Assembly (NCBI GenBank): GCA_964574775.1
Contig: CAZNOS010000002.1
Location: forward strand, 1-46,894
Origin: Candidatus Woesearchaeota archaeon
GTDB lineage: Archaea; Nanobdellota; Nanobdellia; Pacearchaeales; GW2011-AR1
Direction: 5' to 3'
Length of the DNA: 46,894 nucleotides
The notes below the pieces were generated by a model. The model saw nothing but the letters and a program-made list of their open reading frames with translations. It had not been told where the DNA came from and did no database searches. Shown piece by piece: positions 33,927 through 42,196 of the stretch; position 1 is the stretch's first letter; each line of letters opens with the position of its first letter. The translations under genes were made by a program, and so were the position numbers.

Positions 33927-34134
33927 AAAAAAGTCGTCTAAGAAGAAAGTTGAAATTACTAAAGATATGACCATTTTTCAAGCCATGAGAATGCGTCCAG
34001 ATTCTGTCGAAAAATTATTGAATATGGGTATGGGTTGTGGTGGTTGTCAATTTGCTATGATGGAAACTATTGAGCAGGGTGCGATGGTTCATGGTTTAGA
34101 TGTTAAGAAAGTTTTGAAGGAACTGAATAGTTAG
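33907..34134 (+). CDS. DUF1858-like small protein (hybrid-cluster-protein-associated redox disulfide domain).
   Basis: ITKDMTIFQAMRMRPDSVEKLLNMGMGCGGCQFAMMETIEQGAMVHGLDVKKVLKELN. Confidence 0.6.
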   Translation: MSISKTKKKSSKKKVEITKDMTIFQAMRMRPDSVEKLLNMGMGCGGCQFAMMETIEQGAMVHGLDVKKVLKELNS

Positions 34135-34142
34135 GCCGTGTT

Positions 34143-34910
34143 CTATTTAGTTGCTGTTTTCCAAAGTTCGTTGAAATAAATCATGAAGCTTTCGGCGGTT
34201 TCTTTGTCTTTGATTAGTATTACTACGGGTTCTTGTTTGAGCATTACTATGGCAGTATAATCTGCTGCGACAGAGATTTCAATTGGAGTTGTTTTCATTA
34301 AAAATTTCTTATCGTATTTAATATTGGCTTCTTTTTCCATTTCAGATACATATTGTCTAGCGCTTTCATTAAATATAATTCGTGTTTTAATTTTCTTGGA
34401 TCGTGATAGTATTCCGTATTTGTGAAAGAAAATTTTTGTTTTTTCCCAATTAAATCCCTTATCGGCTCCGAGTGTGTATATTAATTCTCCAACTTTTAAT
34501 TTTTTAATTAGAGTAGCATAAACAGTTTCCATTCCTTTCCATCCGGTAAATACTTCTATTTTTAATTTATCCGAATTTTTATCCTGAATTTGTTTTAGAC
34601 CTGGTATGATTTTACTGATTAGTTCTTTTTCGTTTTCTAGCTCTTTTTTCTTTTCGTCTAAAAAGTCATTAATTCTTTCTACTGGTGCAGATATGTAGTA
34701 GTTTATTTTATTTTTATTGATTACACTTACCAATCCTTTGTCTATTAGCTTGTCTAGATTGACATAGATTTTAGAATGAGCGATTCCGGAAGTTTTTACA
34801 ATTTGTGATTTTTTAGATTCGCCAATTTTGAGCAATGCTAGGTAGACTTTTACTTCTGAATTGTTTAATCCAATTTTCCTTAACGTTTCTTCTATTGCCA
34901 TAGACACCAC
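34143..34910 (-). CDS. TrmB-family transcriptional regulator.
   Basis: The wHTH reads LNNSEVKVYLALLKIGESKKSQIVKTSGIAHSKIYVNLDKLIDKGLV, followed by a TrmB-like C-terminal domain. The start is either GTG at 34910 or ATG at 34901. Confidence 0.8.
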   Translation of the reverse strand: MVSMAIEETLRKIGLNNSEVKVYLALLKIGESKKSQIVKTSGIAHSKIYVNLDKLIDKGLVSVINKNKINYYISAPVERINDFLDEKKKELENEKELISKIIPGLKQIQDKNSDKLKIEVFTGWKGMETVYATLIKKLKVGELIYTLGADKGFNWEKTKIFFHKYGILSRSKKIKTRIIFNESARQYVSEMEKEANIKYDKKFLMKTTPIEISVAADYTAIVMLKQEPVVILIKDKETAESFMIYFNELWKTATK

Positions 34911-34956
34911 TATAGGGGGCGCCAGTGCTTAAATAGATTTCGGTTTAGTAGATATT

Positions 34957-35697
34957 ATGGAAATAGAATTTATTGGAACGGGATCGGGATTAAATTCAGC
35001 GTTGGGGAATACGTCGTTTTTGGTTAGAAACGGAACTGATAGAACGCTGTTGGTTGACTGCGGATTCACGGTTCCTGGAGAACTAATAAAAAGAAATAAA
35101 TTAAAAGATATTACTGATATAGTAATTACTCATATCCATGATGATCACATGTGCGGTCTAATGGGTGCTGGATGGATGAATCATTTCGGATATAAAAGAA
35201 GAGAAGAAAAAAGACCAAATTTATATTTGGGAACAGATAAGATGGCACATGTCTTATGGGAAGATTCTCTGAAGGGTGTTATGTTGGAAATGCAAGACGA
35301 TGACAATAATCCGTTCAATGCAACTCTAGATACTTTTTACAATGTCCACATCGGGAAAAGAATTGAAATCCCCGGTATACCTGGAATAAATTTATTTGAC
35401 ACATTACACGTTAAACGTAAAGAAAATTATGGACTGGAATTCGATAATGGAATATTTTATTCTGGCGACAGTATACAACTCCCAAAAATAGATGCGAGAA
35501 TAATTTTTCAGGATTGTCAGTTTTATGAAACAAAAAGTGATGTTCATATATCGTATGATAAATTAAAAAGAGAATTGTCTCCAGAAACGAAAGCTAGAAC
35601 TTACTTGGTACATCTGGGTGGAGGATGGGATAAGAAAGATCCGAAAGCCGATGGATTTGCGGGATTTGTCAAGCCAGGAGATAAATATGAATTCTGA
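34957..35697 (+). CDS. Metallo-beta-lactamase-fold hydrolase (short RNase Z / phosphodiesterase-like).
   Basis: FIGTGSG...LLVDCG...ITHIHDDHMCGL (HxHxDH), with later D/H ligand candidates. Confidence 0.7.
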   Translation: MEIEFIGTGSGLNSALGNTSFLVRNGTDRTLLVDCGFTVPGELIKRNKLKDITDIVITHIHDDHMCGLMGAGWMNHFGYKRREEKRPNLYLGTDKMAHVLWEDSLKGVMLEMQDDDNNPFNATLDTFYNVHIGKRIEIPGIPGINLFDTLHVKRKENYGLEFDNGIFYSGDSIQLPKIDARIIFQDCQFYETKSDVHISYDKLKRELSPETKARTYLVHLGGGWDKKDPKADGFAGFVKPGDKYEF

Positions 35698-36091
35698 GCG
35701 CAAGACGTTACAATATGTTCTTTGCACTGCTTCTGCACTTGTTCCGGAAGACAGAGCTCCAATGACGGATGGTAATTGGGAATATGAACGCTCGGTGGAC
35801 GGTGCTCATCGATTATATTTGGCAATTTTTAATCCTAAATGGTTGTCATTTCGTTCTGTTCGTCAAACACTCAAATCTACAACTGAATTGTTTAGCATAT
35901 TTAGTGGAATTGGAATAAATTTTACAAATAGAGATGAATTTTGCGATCTAATTAATAATGATTTTCGGGTTACTCATCAGAGAGTCGGATTTTTGAAGCA
36001 AGAAAGAGAGATGAATTTTGAAGACGTTAAGGGCTGGAATTTCGATGGATTTAGAATTAGGGAATATGAACGAACGCTGCCTTATTCTTGA
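35687..36091 (+). CDS. Hypothetical protein, overlapping the 3' end of the MBL gene by 11 nt.
   Basis: I chose the ATG at 35687 (MNSERKTLQY...). The track start at 35618 would overlap the MBL gene by 80 nt. No family was recognised. Confidence 0.5.
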   Translation: MNSERKTLQYVLCTASALVPEDRAPMTDGNWEYERSVDGAHRLYLAIFNPKWLSFRSVRQTLKSTTELFSIFSGIGINFTNRDEFCDLINNDFRVTHQRVGFLKQEREMNFEDVKGWNFDGFRIREYERTLPYS

Positions 36092-36450
36092 ATCGCTATT
36101 TTAGTGAGAATTGTTGTTACGTAATCTTCTTGCGCTTTTTTTGACCAAATTGCAGAAGGATGTTTTGCTTTTATGACTTTAGATTGAACTTGCGGAAAAA
36201 GTTTATGGACGTTTGAGCCTAGTAAAATTATTGTGTCGTTTTTGGATGGATTATGCGTGTTGATCCAAAGCTGTTGATTGTCTTTTATATTTTCCCTAGG
36301 AATGAATTCTAAATCAAATAGATTGGTTTTAAGACAGTCGTGTTCTTTTAAATTTATAATTATTTTATCAATTAGCTTTCCAGAACGAGTACTAGAATCT
36401 AGCGGTTTAGTATTTGGTTTGTTGTGGATGCCGACGAAGATTATGCGCAT
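36082..36450 (-). CDS. Miniature uracil-DNA-glycosylase-superfamily-like protein (MUG/TDG-like motifs).
   Basis: 122 aa. IIFVGIHNKPN aligns with the MUG GINPG region, TNLFD and ILLGSNVHKLF are similar, and KHPSAIWS aligns with the PNPSG motif. The comparison is from memory. Confidence 0.4.
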   Translation of the reverse strand: MRIIFVGIHNKPNTKPLDSSTRSGKLIDKIIINLKEHDCLKTNLFDLEFIPRENIKDNQQLWINTHNPSKNDTIILLGSNVHKLFPQVQSKVIKAKHPSAIWSKKAQEDYVTTILTKIAIQE

Positions 36451-36522
36451 GAATATATGAGATTTATTTAGTTTTTAACCATTTGGAGATAAATTTATAA
36501 TCTTTCTTTTTTTAAGATTAGT

Positions 36523-37161
36523 ATGAGTGGCTTGAGTTTGGTGAAGATGAAAAAAATATTGAGAAGTATTATTCTTATTGCTTTAGTGGTTGCGCTCTTT
36601 GCGGAGATTTATTATAGAAGTTGGTTGACTTTTGCTATAACTTTTGTGGCTCTTTTGTTGACGTTTATTCCACAGCTTGTTGAAAAAAAGTATAAGATAG
36701 ATATTCCAGAAGGTTTTGAAATATGGATTTTAATTTTTATTTATTTGTCTCTTTATTTAGGAGAGGTTCAGAAATTTTATCATATTTTTTGGTGGTGGGA
36801 TATTCTTTTACATGGTTTTTCTGCTATTTCGATTGGGTTAGTTGGTTTCGTGGTAATGTTTTATTTACAGCAGGGAAACAAGGTTCATGCGAAGCCGTTA
36901 TTGGTATGTCTTTTTGCGTTTTCTTTTGCAGTTGCTGCTGGCGCGATATGGGAAGTTTTTGAGTTTGGAATGGATCAGTTTTTTGGACTTACGATGCAGA
37001 ATAATAGTTTGTTGGATACTATGCAAGATATTATTATAGATAGCGTTGGAGCATTTATTGGTTCACTTTTTGGTTTTATCTATTTAAAAAATAAAGATTC
37101 TAGATGGGCTTTTGGCGTGAGGTCGTTTATTAATTTGAATTCGTTTTTATTTAAGAGATAG
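36523..37161 (+). CDS. Polytopic membrane protein of unknown function.
   Basis: 212 aa with 5-6 TM helices. Charged motifs are WEVFEFGMDQ and DTMQDIIIDSVG. A TATA (36492-36500) fits a leaderless start. Confidence 0.6.
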   Translation: MSGLSLVKMKKILRSIILIALVVALFAEIYYRSWLTFAITFVALLLTFIPQLVEKKYKIDIPEGFEIWILIFIYLSLYLGEVQKFYHIFWWWDILLHGFSAISIGLVGFVVMFYLQQGNKVHAKPLLVCLFAFSFAVAAGAIWEVFEFGMDQFFGLTMQNNSLLDTMQDIIIDSVGAFIGSLFGFIYLKNKDSRWAFGVRSFINLNSFLFKR

Positions 37162-37199
37162 GGCGAAAGGTATATAAGTCGTATTGGCGATTAAATGTT

Positions 37200-37385
37200 A
37201 TGATACCATTGACAACAGTTACAATTTCGGGAATGATTGGATTTGTTGCGTTATTGTGTACGATTATTTTTGGAATTTTTATTAAAAAAGGTCCGGTTTA
37301 TTTTAAGCTACATAAGATTTTTTCAATTGTGACTCTTGTGTTTATTTTGATACACGTTGGACTTTTGATTAGAGGATTTTTTTAG
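37200..37385 (+). CDS. Small two-TM membrane protein.
   Basis: 61 aa and hydrophobic, with KLHK...LIHV. A TATA-like GTATATAAG lies about 30 nt upstream. Confidence 0.45.
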   Translation: MIPLTTVTISGMIGFVALLCTIIFGIFIKKGPVYFKLHKIFSIVTLVFILIHVGLLIRGFF

Positions 37386-37419
37386 GAAGTATTAAATACT
37401 AATTTCTCATAATATAAAT

Positions 37420-37890
37420 ATGAAAAATTGGTTGAAGTTGATTGTCTCGATTGTTATTGCTTGGATGGCTGGTTTTTTGGGTTCGTTTTTTACTGCGAGT
37501 TCAGTTACTACGTGGTTTATCACATTAGCTAAGCCGTCATTTAATCCACCGAGCTGGCTTTTTGGTCCGGTCTGGACAATTTTATATATTATGATTGGCG
37601 TTTCGTTGTTTTTAGTTTGGACTACTAAAGTGAATAAAAATTTAAAGAAAAAAGCTTATTGGATTTTTGGAATTCAATTAGTTTTGAACGCGATGTGGAG
37701 TATTGTATTTTTCGGAGCGCAGAATCCTGGATTGGCGTTTATCGTAATCGTGCTTCTTTGGATTTCAATAATACTCAATATGATTTGGTTTTACAAAATA
37801 AGAAAATCCGCGGGATATCTTTTGATTCCGTATTTATTGTGGGTAAGTTTTGCTTCGGTTCTTAATTTTGCAATATGGATTTTGAATTAA
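37420..37890 (+). CDS. tspO: TspO/MBR-family tryptophan-rich sensory protein.
   Basis: 156 aa with five TMs. Motifs include W....L.KPSFNPPSWLFGPVWTILY and NAMWS..FFG. Confidence 0.85.
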   Translation: MKNWLKLIVSIVIAWMAGFLGSFFTASSVTTWFITLAKPSFNPPSWLFGPVWTILYIMIGVSLFLVWTTKVNKNLKKKAYWIFGIQLVLNAMWSIVFFGAQNPGLAFIVIVLLWISIILNMIWFYKIRKSAGYLLIPYLLWVSFASVLNFAIWILN

Positions 37891-37931
37891 ACTGGTTTAT
37901 TCTAGAAGATATATATTTTTAAAAAGGGATA

Positions 37932-38381
37932 ATGTCAGAAAATAAAATGAAGATTTATTTTGCGGGTTCGATTCGTGGTGGAAGGGATGATGCGGAATTA
38001 TATATGCAGATTATCGAACATCTTAAGACGCATGGAGATGTACTGACTGAACATATTGGCGATAAAAAACTTTCAAGCTCTGGGGAGGTTAGGGATTCGA
38101 TATTTATTCATGATAGGGATATGGATTGGCTGACTAAAGCTAGGATAATTGTTGCTGAAGTAACGCAGGCTAGTTTGGGCGTGGGTTATGAACTTGGTAG
38201 GATGATTGAGAGAAATTTGTGGGTGCCAGAATCTCAAAGAAAAGAGATTTTGTGTATGTATCGTCCTTCAGTTGATAAAAAGTTGTCTGCGATGATTGCG
38301 GGATGCCGAGGTCTTGCAAATGTCGAATATCAAACTTTAGACGATGCGAAGAGAGCGATTAATGGGTTTCTTGTTAGGTGA
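37932..38381 (+). CDS. 2'-deoxynucleoside 5'-phosphate N-hydrolase (DNPH1/Rcl-like; nucleoside 2-deoxyribosyltransferase fold).
   Basis: MKIYFAGSIRGGRDDAELYMQIIEHLKTHGDVLTEHIG, followed by AEVTQASLGVGYELG. Confidence 0.75.
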   Translation: MSENKMKIYFAGSIRGGRDDAELYMQIIEHLKTHGDVLTEHIGDKKLSSSGEVRDSIFIHDRDMDWLTKARIIVAEVTQASLGVGYELGRMIERNLWVPESQRKEILCMYRPSVDKKLSAMIAGCRGLANVEYQTLDDAKRAINGFLVR

Positions 38382-38419
38382 GTCGGAAGGATTAAAAAGT
38401 AGTATTTTTTTGGTTGTTT

Positions 38420-39013
38420 ATGAAAATTAATCTGCCATGTATTAAGCAGTTAACTGCAACGGATTGCGGACCTACTGCATTAAAGTCAGTGTTATCTTAT
38501 TTTGGAAAAGAGGTTGATGTGGCCGAAATGTATTCTTTGGCAAACGTAGCTTCTGAAAGCGCTTTTTGGACTGTGGATTTGGGGGTCGTGGCTAAAAAAT
38601 TAGGATTTCCATGTGTATTGTATACTACCTATGATCTAGAATTACCAAATGCTAATTTGGATTTATATAGAGGGGCTTTATCAACAAATAATTTGGAGAT
38701 TGAGCAGAAAAAATTTCTTGCAAAATCAGTAGGTTTGGATATTGTTAAAAAATCTCTTTCTCTTGACGAGGTTCTTTCGCAAATTTCTGAAGATTCTTTG
38801 GTCATTTCGTTAATTGATTGGAATGTCATCGAACCTAAAGATGGAAGATCTTATGCTGGACACTTTATCGCTTTAGATGGTTATGAAGATAATAAGGTTT
38901 TATTTTTTGATCCTTATGATGGTTTAAAGAATGTTTTCAATCGAGAGATTTATGATAAGGCAAGAAAAGCAAGAGGAACGGATGAAGATTTACTTGTAGT
39001 GAGAAGAAGATGA
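38420..39013 (+). CDS. Stand-alone peptidase C39-like (papain-fold) domain protein.
   Basis: QLTATDCGPTALKSVLSYFG provides the catalytic Cys context, and GHFIALDGYED..VLFFDP provides the His/Asp context. ATG 38420 is preferred over the TTG at 38414. Confidence 0.6.
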   Translation: MKINLPCIKQLTATDCGPTALKSVLSYFGKEVDVAEMYSLANVASESAFWTVDLGVVAKKLGFPCVLYTTYDLELPNANLDLYRGALSTNNLEIEQKKFLAKSVGLDIVKKSLSLDEVLSQISEDSLVISLIDWNVIEPKDGRSYAGHFIALDGYEDNKVLFFDPYDGLKNVFNREIYDKARKARGTDEDLLVVRRR

Positions 39014-39064
39014 GGGGCGCGAAGATGGCTTTGGGAAAGTATGTAGAGTGGAAGGGGAAATAAT

Positions 39065-40393
39065 TTATTCTACTTTATTGCCTATGTCAAACAACCATTC
39101 TTCATGTCCGTGAGGTGCGAGAATCTGTAATCCAACCGGTTTCTTTTCGATCATTCCAGCCGGAACTGAAATTCCCGGAAGTCCGGCGATATTAACAGGT
39201 GTTGTGAAAATATCGTAAGCGTACATTTCTTCTACTGAGATATTTTCGCCGATTTTGTGTGCAGTTCTTGGAACGGTTGGTAAAATAATTAAATCTACTT
39301 CAGAAAATATTTTTTCGAATTGTTCTTTGATATATTCTCTTGCCTTCAAAGCTTCTCTGTAATATTTTCCGTGATATTCTGCTTTGGAAATTTCAGAACC
39401 GCCGAAAATTCTTCTTAAAACTTCGTGGCCTGCGAAGTCTTCGATTTTCTTTCCGAATCTTCTTCCGTCGTATTTTCTAGTTGCAGAAAAGAATTCAACA
39501 TAAACCAAAAGATAGTAAGTTTCTAGGGAAATGTCTAGAGGTAAGTGAACTTTCTTTATTTCGTAACCATGTTTTTTAGCTAATTCTTCTGCCTTTTTTT
39601 CTATTAATTTTTTAACTTCTGGTTTTGCGTATTTCTCTACGTCAACTAAACCGATTGTATACTTTTTCTTGCTTTTTATTGCGTCAAAATTTTTCGTAGT
39701 GCTGTCAAAATTATCCTGTCCTTTAATTATGTCGAAAATTAGTTTAGAATCTTCAACGTCTTTCGTCAATGGTCCGATAACATCGAAACTCATACACATA
39801 TCTAAAAGTCCGTATCTTGAAACTGCGCCGTAAGTTGGTTTTAGTCCGACTATTCCGCAATGTGATGCAGGATTTCTAATTGAGCCGCCAGTGTCTGAAC
39901 CTAAAGCGAAATCGCACAAATCTGCAGCGACTGCAGCAGCTGATCCAGATGAGCTTCCACCAGGAATTAGTTCTGGATTAACTGGATTTTTAGTTGGACC
40001 AAAAGCGGAAGTTTCGCCAGAAGCGCCACAAGCAAATTCGTCCATATTTACCATTCCTAAAATAATCGCGTCTTCGTCTTTGAGTTTTTTAATCACAGTC
40101 GCATTATAAGCGGATAAATATCCCTCAAGAACTTTTGAGGCGCAGTTTGTTTCAAGTCCTTGAACTGAGATATTTGATTTAATAGCGACGCAAAGTCCAG
40201 CGAGTTTCCCGACGGAATTCTTGTTCTTAATTCTCAAATCAATTTCTTCAGCTTGTTTAATAGCTTCCGAATTTAAATGTAAAAAAATGTTTAAATCTTT
40301 CTTCTTCTCTATTTCTTTTATAAATTCATTTACGTTTTGTATAGCCGTTAGCTTTCCGGACTTTATGTTTTTGATTTTTTGTGAGAGTGTCAT
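39065..40393 (-). CDS. gatA: Glutamyl/aspartyl-tRNA amidotransferase subunit A (amidase signature family).
   Basis: The amidase signature is GGSSSGSAAAVA...GSDTGGSIRNPAS. It is the last gene of an operon that starts with a gatC-like gene. Confidence 0.8.
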   Translation of the reverse strand: MTLSQKIKNIKSGKLTAIQNVNEFIKEIEKKKDLNIFLHLNSEAIKQAEEIDLRIKNKNSVGKLAGLCVAIKSNISVQGLETNCASKVLEGYLSAYNATVIKKLKDEDAIILGMVNMDEFACGASGETSAFGPTKNPVNPELIPGGSSSGSAAAVAADLCDFALGSDTGGSIRNPASHCGIVGLKPTYGAVSRYGLLDMCMSFDVIGPLTKDVEDSKLIFDIIKGQDNFDSTTKNFDAIKSKKKYTIGLVDVEKYAKPEVKKLIEKKAEELAKKHGYEIKKVHLPLDISLETYYLLVYVEFFSATRKYDGRRFGKKIEDFAGHEVLRRIFGGSEISKAEYHGKYYREALKAREYIKEQFEKIFSEVDLIILPTVPRTAHKIGENISVEEMYAYDIFTTPVNIAGLPGISVPAGMIEKKPVGLQILAPHGHEEWLFDIGNKVE

Positions 40394-41070
40394 TTTATTA
40401 TTTCTCCAGATTTTATTTCTTTTTTATTTTTACCAGAAAATATAAATGCACTTTTTTTGCCTAATATTTTAATCGAATTATTTTCTAACACTATTCCCGT
40501 TTCTTCTGGAAGTGCTATAATTTCTTTTAGGTCGTATTTTGTTGTAAATTCTTTTATAATTTTGTCGTTTTCTGGTTCGTAATGAGCCCATAATTCTTTT
40601 TCGTTAAGCATGTTCATTGCCGACATATCTTTTAGTCCAACAAAGTTTTCGTCCAATATTAAGCATGGAATAATTGTTTTTGCGAATATGATTGCTCCTG
40701 CGCTTCCGCCGTAGATTGGAACAGATTTAGACACAGCTTCTTTTATGAAATTCCAACATCCAGTATCTTTTAATGTTTTTAATAAATATGGAGTATTTCC
40801 GCCGCCAATGTAAATTCCGGAGAAATTTGTAACTTCTTCTTTTTGCCACAGATATAGGTCTTTTTCGTCCCACATTGTATAATTAGTTACGCCCAGTTTG
40901 TCGAATGTATCCTTGAGCCAGATGAGACATTCAGGATATGGGTGTTTTTTATTGTTTATTGCAATTGGAATATATAATAACGGCTTCTTTTTGTTTATGG
41001 AATCTGCAAAAGCTTTGTCTAATGATTCAGATTGTTCTTTGCTTCCTCCGCCGGATAAAAATAGTTTCAT
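40390..41070 (-). CDS. Peptidase S51 / dipeptidase E-like (type 1 glutamine amidotransferase-like fold).
   Basis: MKLFLSGGG...IYIGGGNT..LL...IYGGSAGAII. ATGA overlaps occur at both ends. Confidence 0.65.
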   Translation of the reverse strand: MKLFLSGGGSKEQSESLDKAFADSINKKKPLLYIPIAINNKKHPYPECLIWLKDTFDKLGVTNYTMWDEKDLYLWQKEEVTNFSGIYIGGGNTPYLLKTLKDTGCWNFIKEAVSKSVPIYGGSAGAIIFAKTIIPCLILDENFVGLKDMSAMNMLNEKELWAHYEPENDKIIKEFTTKYDLKEIIALPEETGIVLENNSIKILGKKSAFIFSGKNKKEIKSGEIIK

Positions 41071-41471
41071 TTTATATCTCCTCTCTCGATTAGCATTCGT
41101 ATATTCGGAGCAATTTCGTGTCGTCCTTCTTTGATTTCAGAAATAGGAAGCCATCTAACCTCATGACCCTTGAAATTGTATGATACGAATTTTTTTTGTT
41201 TTTTGGTGAGTCTTGCTATGTAGTGATGTAATTCTATATTCGTCGGTTTACCACTTCTTAGATCGTAATTTAATCTAATCACGGGTAGTTCTTCTTCAAT
41301 CTCAATTTCTAATCCAGTATCTTCTCCCATTTTACGAATACAGGCTTGTGTTCCTGTTTCTTTTTCTTCTTTTTTCCCACCTGGGAGTTTATAGAATTGG
41401 TCTTCGCTATCTAGAGTAACTAATAACTTATCTTTCTCAATAATTACTGGGCTGTGTACAACTATTTTCAT
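41067..41471 (-). CDS. Nudix hydrolase (paralog 1).
   Basis: The Nudix box is GGKKEEKETGTQACIRKMGEDTGLE. The C-terminus is LIERGDIK. Confidence 0.8.
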   Translation of the reverse strand: MKIVVHSPVIIEKDKLLVTLDSEDQFYKLPGGKKEEKETGTQACIRKMGEDTGLEIEIEEELPVIRLNYDLRSGKPTNIELHHYIARLTKKQKKFVSYNFKGHEVRWLPISEIKEGRHEIAPNIRMLIERGDIK

Positions 41472-41887
41472 TTTATGTCTCCTTTATCTATTAGAAATTG
41501 TGTGTATGGAGAAACTTTATGTTTCCAATTTTTTATATCTTTCAAGTCTAACCATTTTATTTCTTTTGTTGGTGGCATTGGTTTGATGTCTTTTTCATTT
41601 GTTAACTCTGCAAGATAGCTAACGAGAATAATTGTCATTTTTTCCTTTGTTTGCGGATTTTCCCAAAGTATGTGAGGGTGCATCGGTTTTATGATTTTTA
41701 TTTCTCCGTTAATTTCTTCTTTAACTTTTCTGTGGCATGCGTCTTCTAGGCTTTCTATTCCTTCTTTAATTGACCCTCCGGGTAGCTTGTAAAAATCGTC
41801 TTTGTCGTCCTTGTCGACTAGAAGTTTTCCGTTCATAATTATGACTGGTCCAGATGCAACTAAATATTTTCCCTCTAGTATCCCCAT
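41468..41887 (-). CDS. Nudix hydrolase (paralog 2).
   Basis: The Nudix box is GGSIKEGIESLEDACHRKVKEEINGE. The C-terminus is LIDKGDIK. The ATG at 41887 shares one base with the gatC stop (TAATG). The track start at 41896 is a GTG. Confidence 0.8.
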   Translation of the reverse strand: MGILEGKYLVASGPVIIMNGKLLVDKDDKDDFYKLPGGSIKEGIESLEDACHRKVKEEINGEIKIIKPMHPHILWENPQTKEKMTIILVSYLAELTNEKDIKPMPPTKEIKWLDLKDIKNWKHKVSPYTQFLIDKGDIK

Positions 41888-42141
41888 TATTTCCACCCGC
41901 CTTTTTCTGCAATTATAAATCCGTCTTCAACCATCGGTGCGTTGTCAAGCATTAACTCTTGAAAGTCTTTATCGGTTTTCCAGCCAGTCCCCTCGGTTCG
42001 TAAATTTTCCTTAGAATCTAATTTTGGTTCGGAAGTTTTTATTTTATCTAGTTTTGATGAGAATTCGTCAAGAAGTTTTTTGGCGTCTTTTCTAATTTCT
42101 TCTTTCTCTTGTTCGGTAACCGTGTGCCATGTGTATGCCAT
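41887..42141 (-). CDS. gatC: GatC-like amidotransferase subunit C.
   Basis: 84 aa. The C-terminal ...LDNAPMVEDGFIIAEK resembles the GatC NAP..EDG(Y/F)..VPK tail. It is in an operon with gatA. Confidence 0.55.
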   Translation of the reverse strand: MAYTWHTVTEQEKEEIRKDAKKLLDEFSSKLDKIKTSEPKLDSKENLRTEGTGWKTDKDFQELMLDNAPMVEDGFIIAEKGGWK

Positions 42142-42196
42142 GATATAGTTTATGAATTAACTCTTATAAGCTTTTTGAATAAAAGATTTATTTATA

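Noticed and set aside
34911-34956. A GC-rich palindrome-containing (GGCGCC) 46-bp divergent region between TrmB and the MBL gene, considered as an operator.
   Set aside because: It has only a 6-bp palindrome and one shared TTAAATAG box. That is insufficient evidence for a specific binding site without comparative data.
36723-37865. Same-strand alternative-frame ORFs inside membrane-protein genes (36723-36962 and 37659-37865).
   Set aside because: They are nested in CDSs with a coherent TM topology (the unknown membrane protein and TspO). No independent signals support them.
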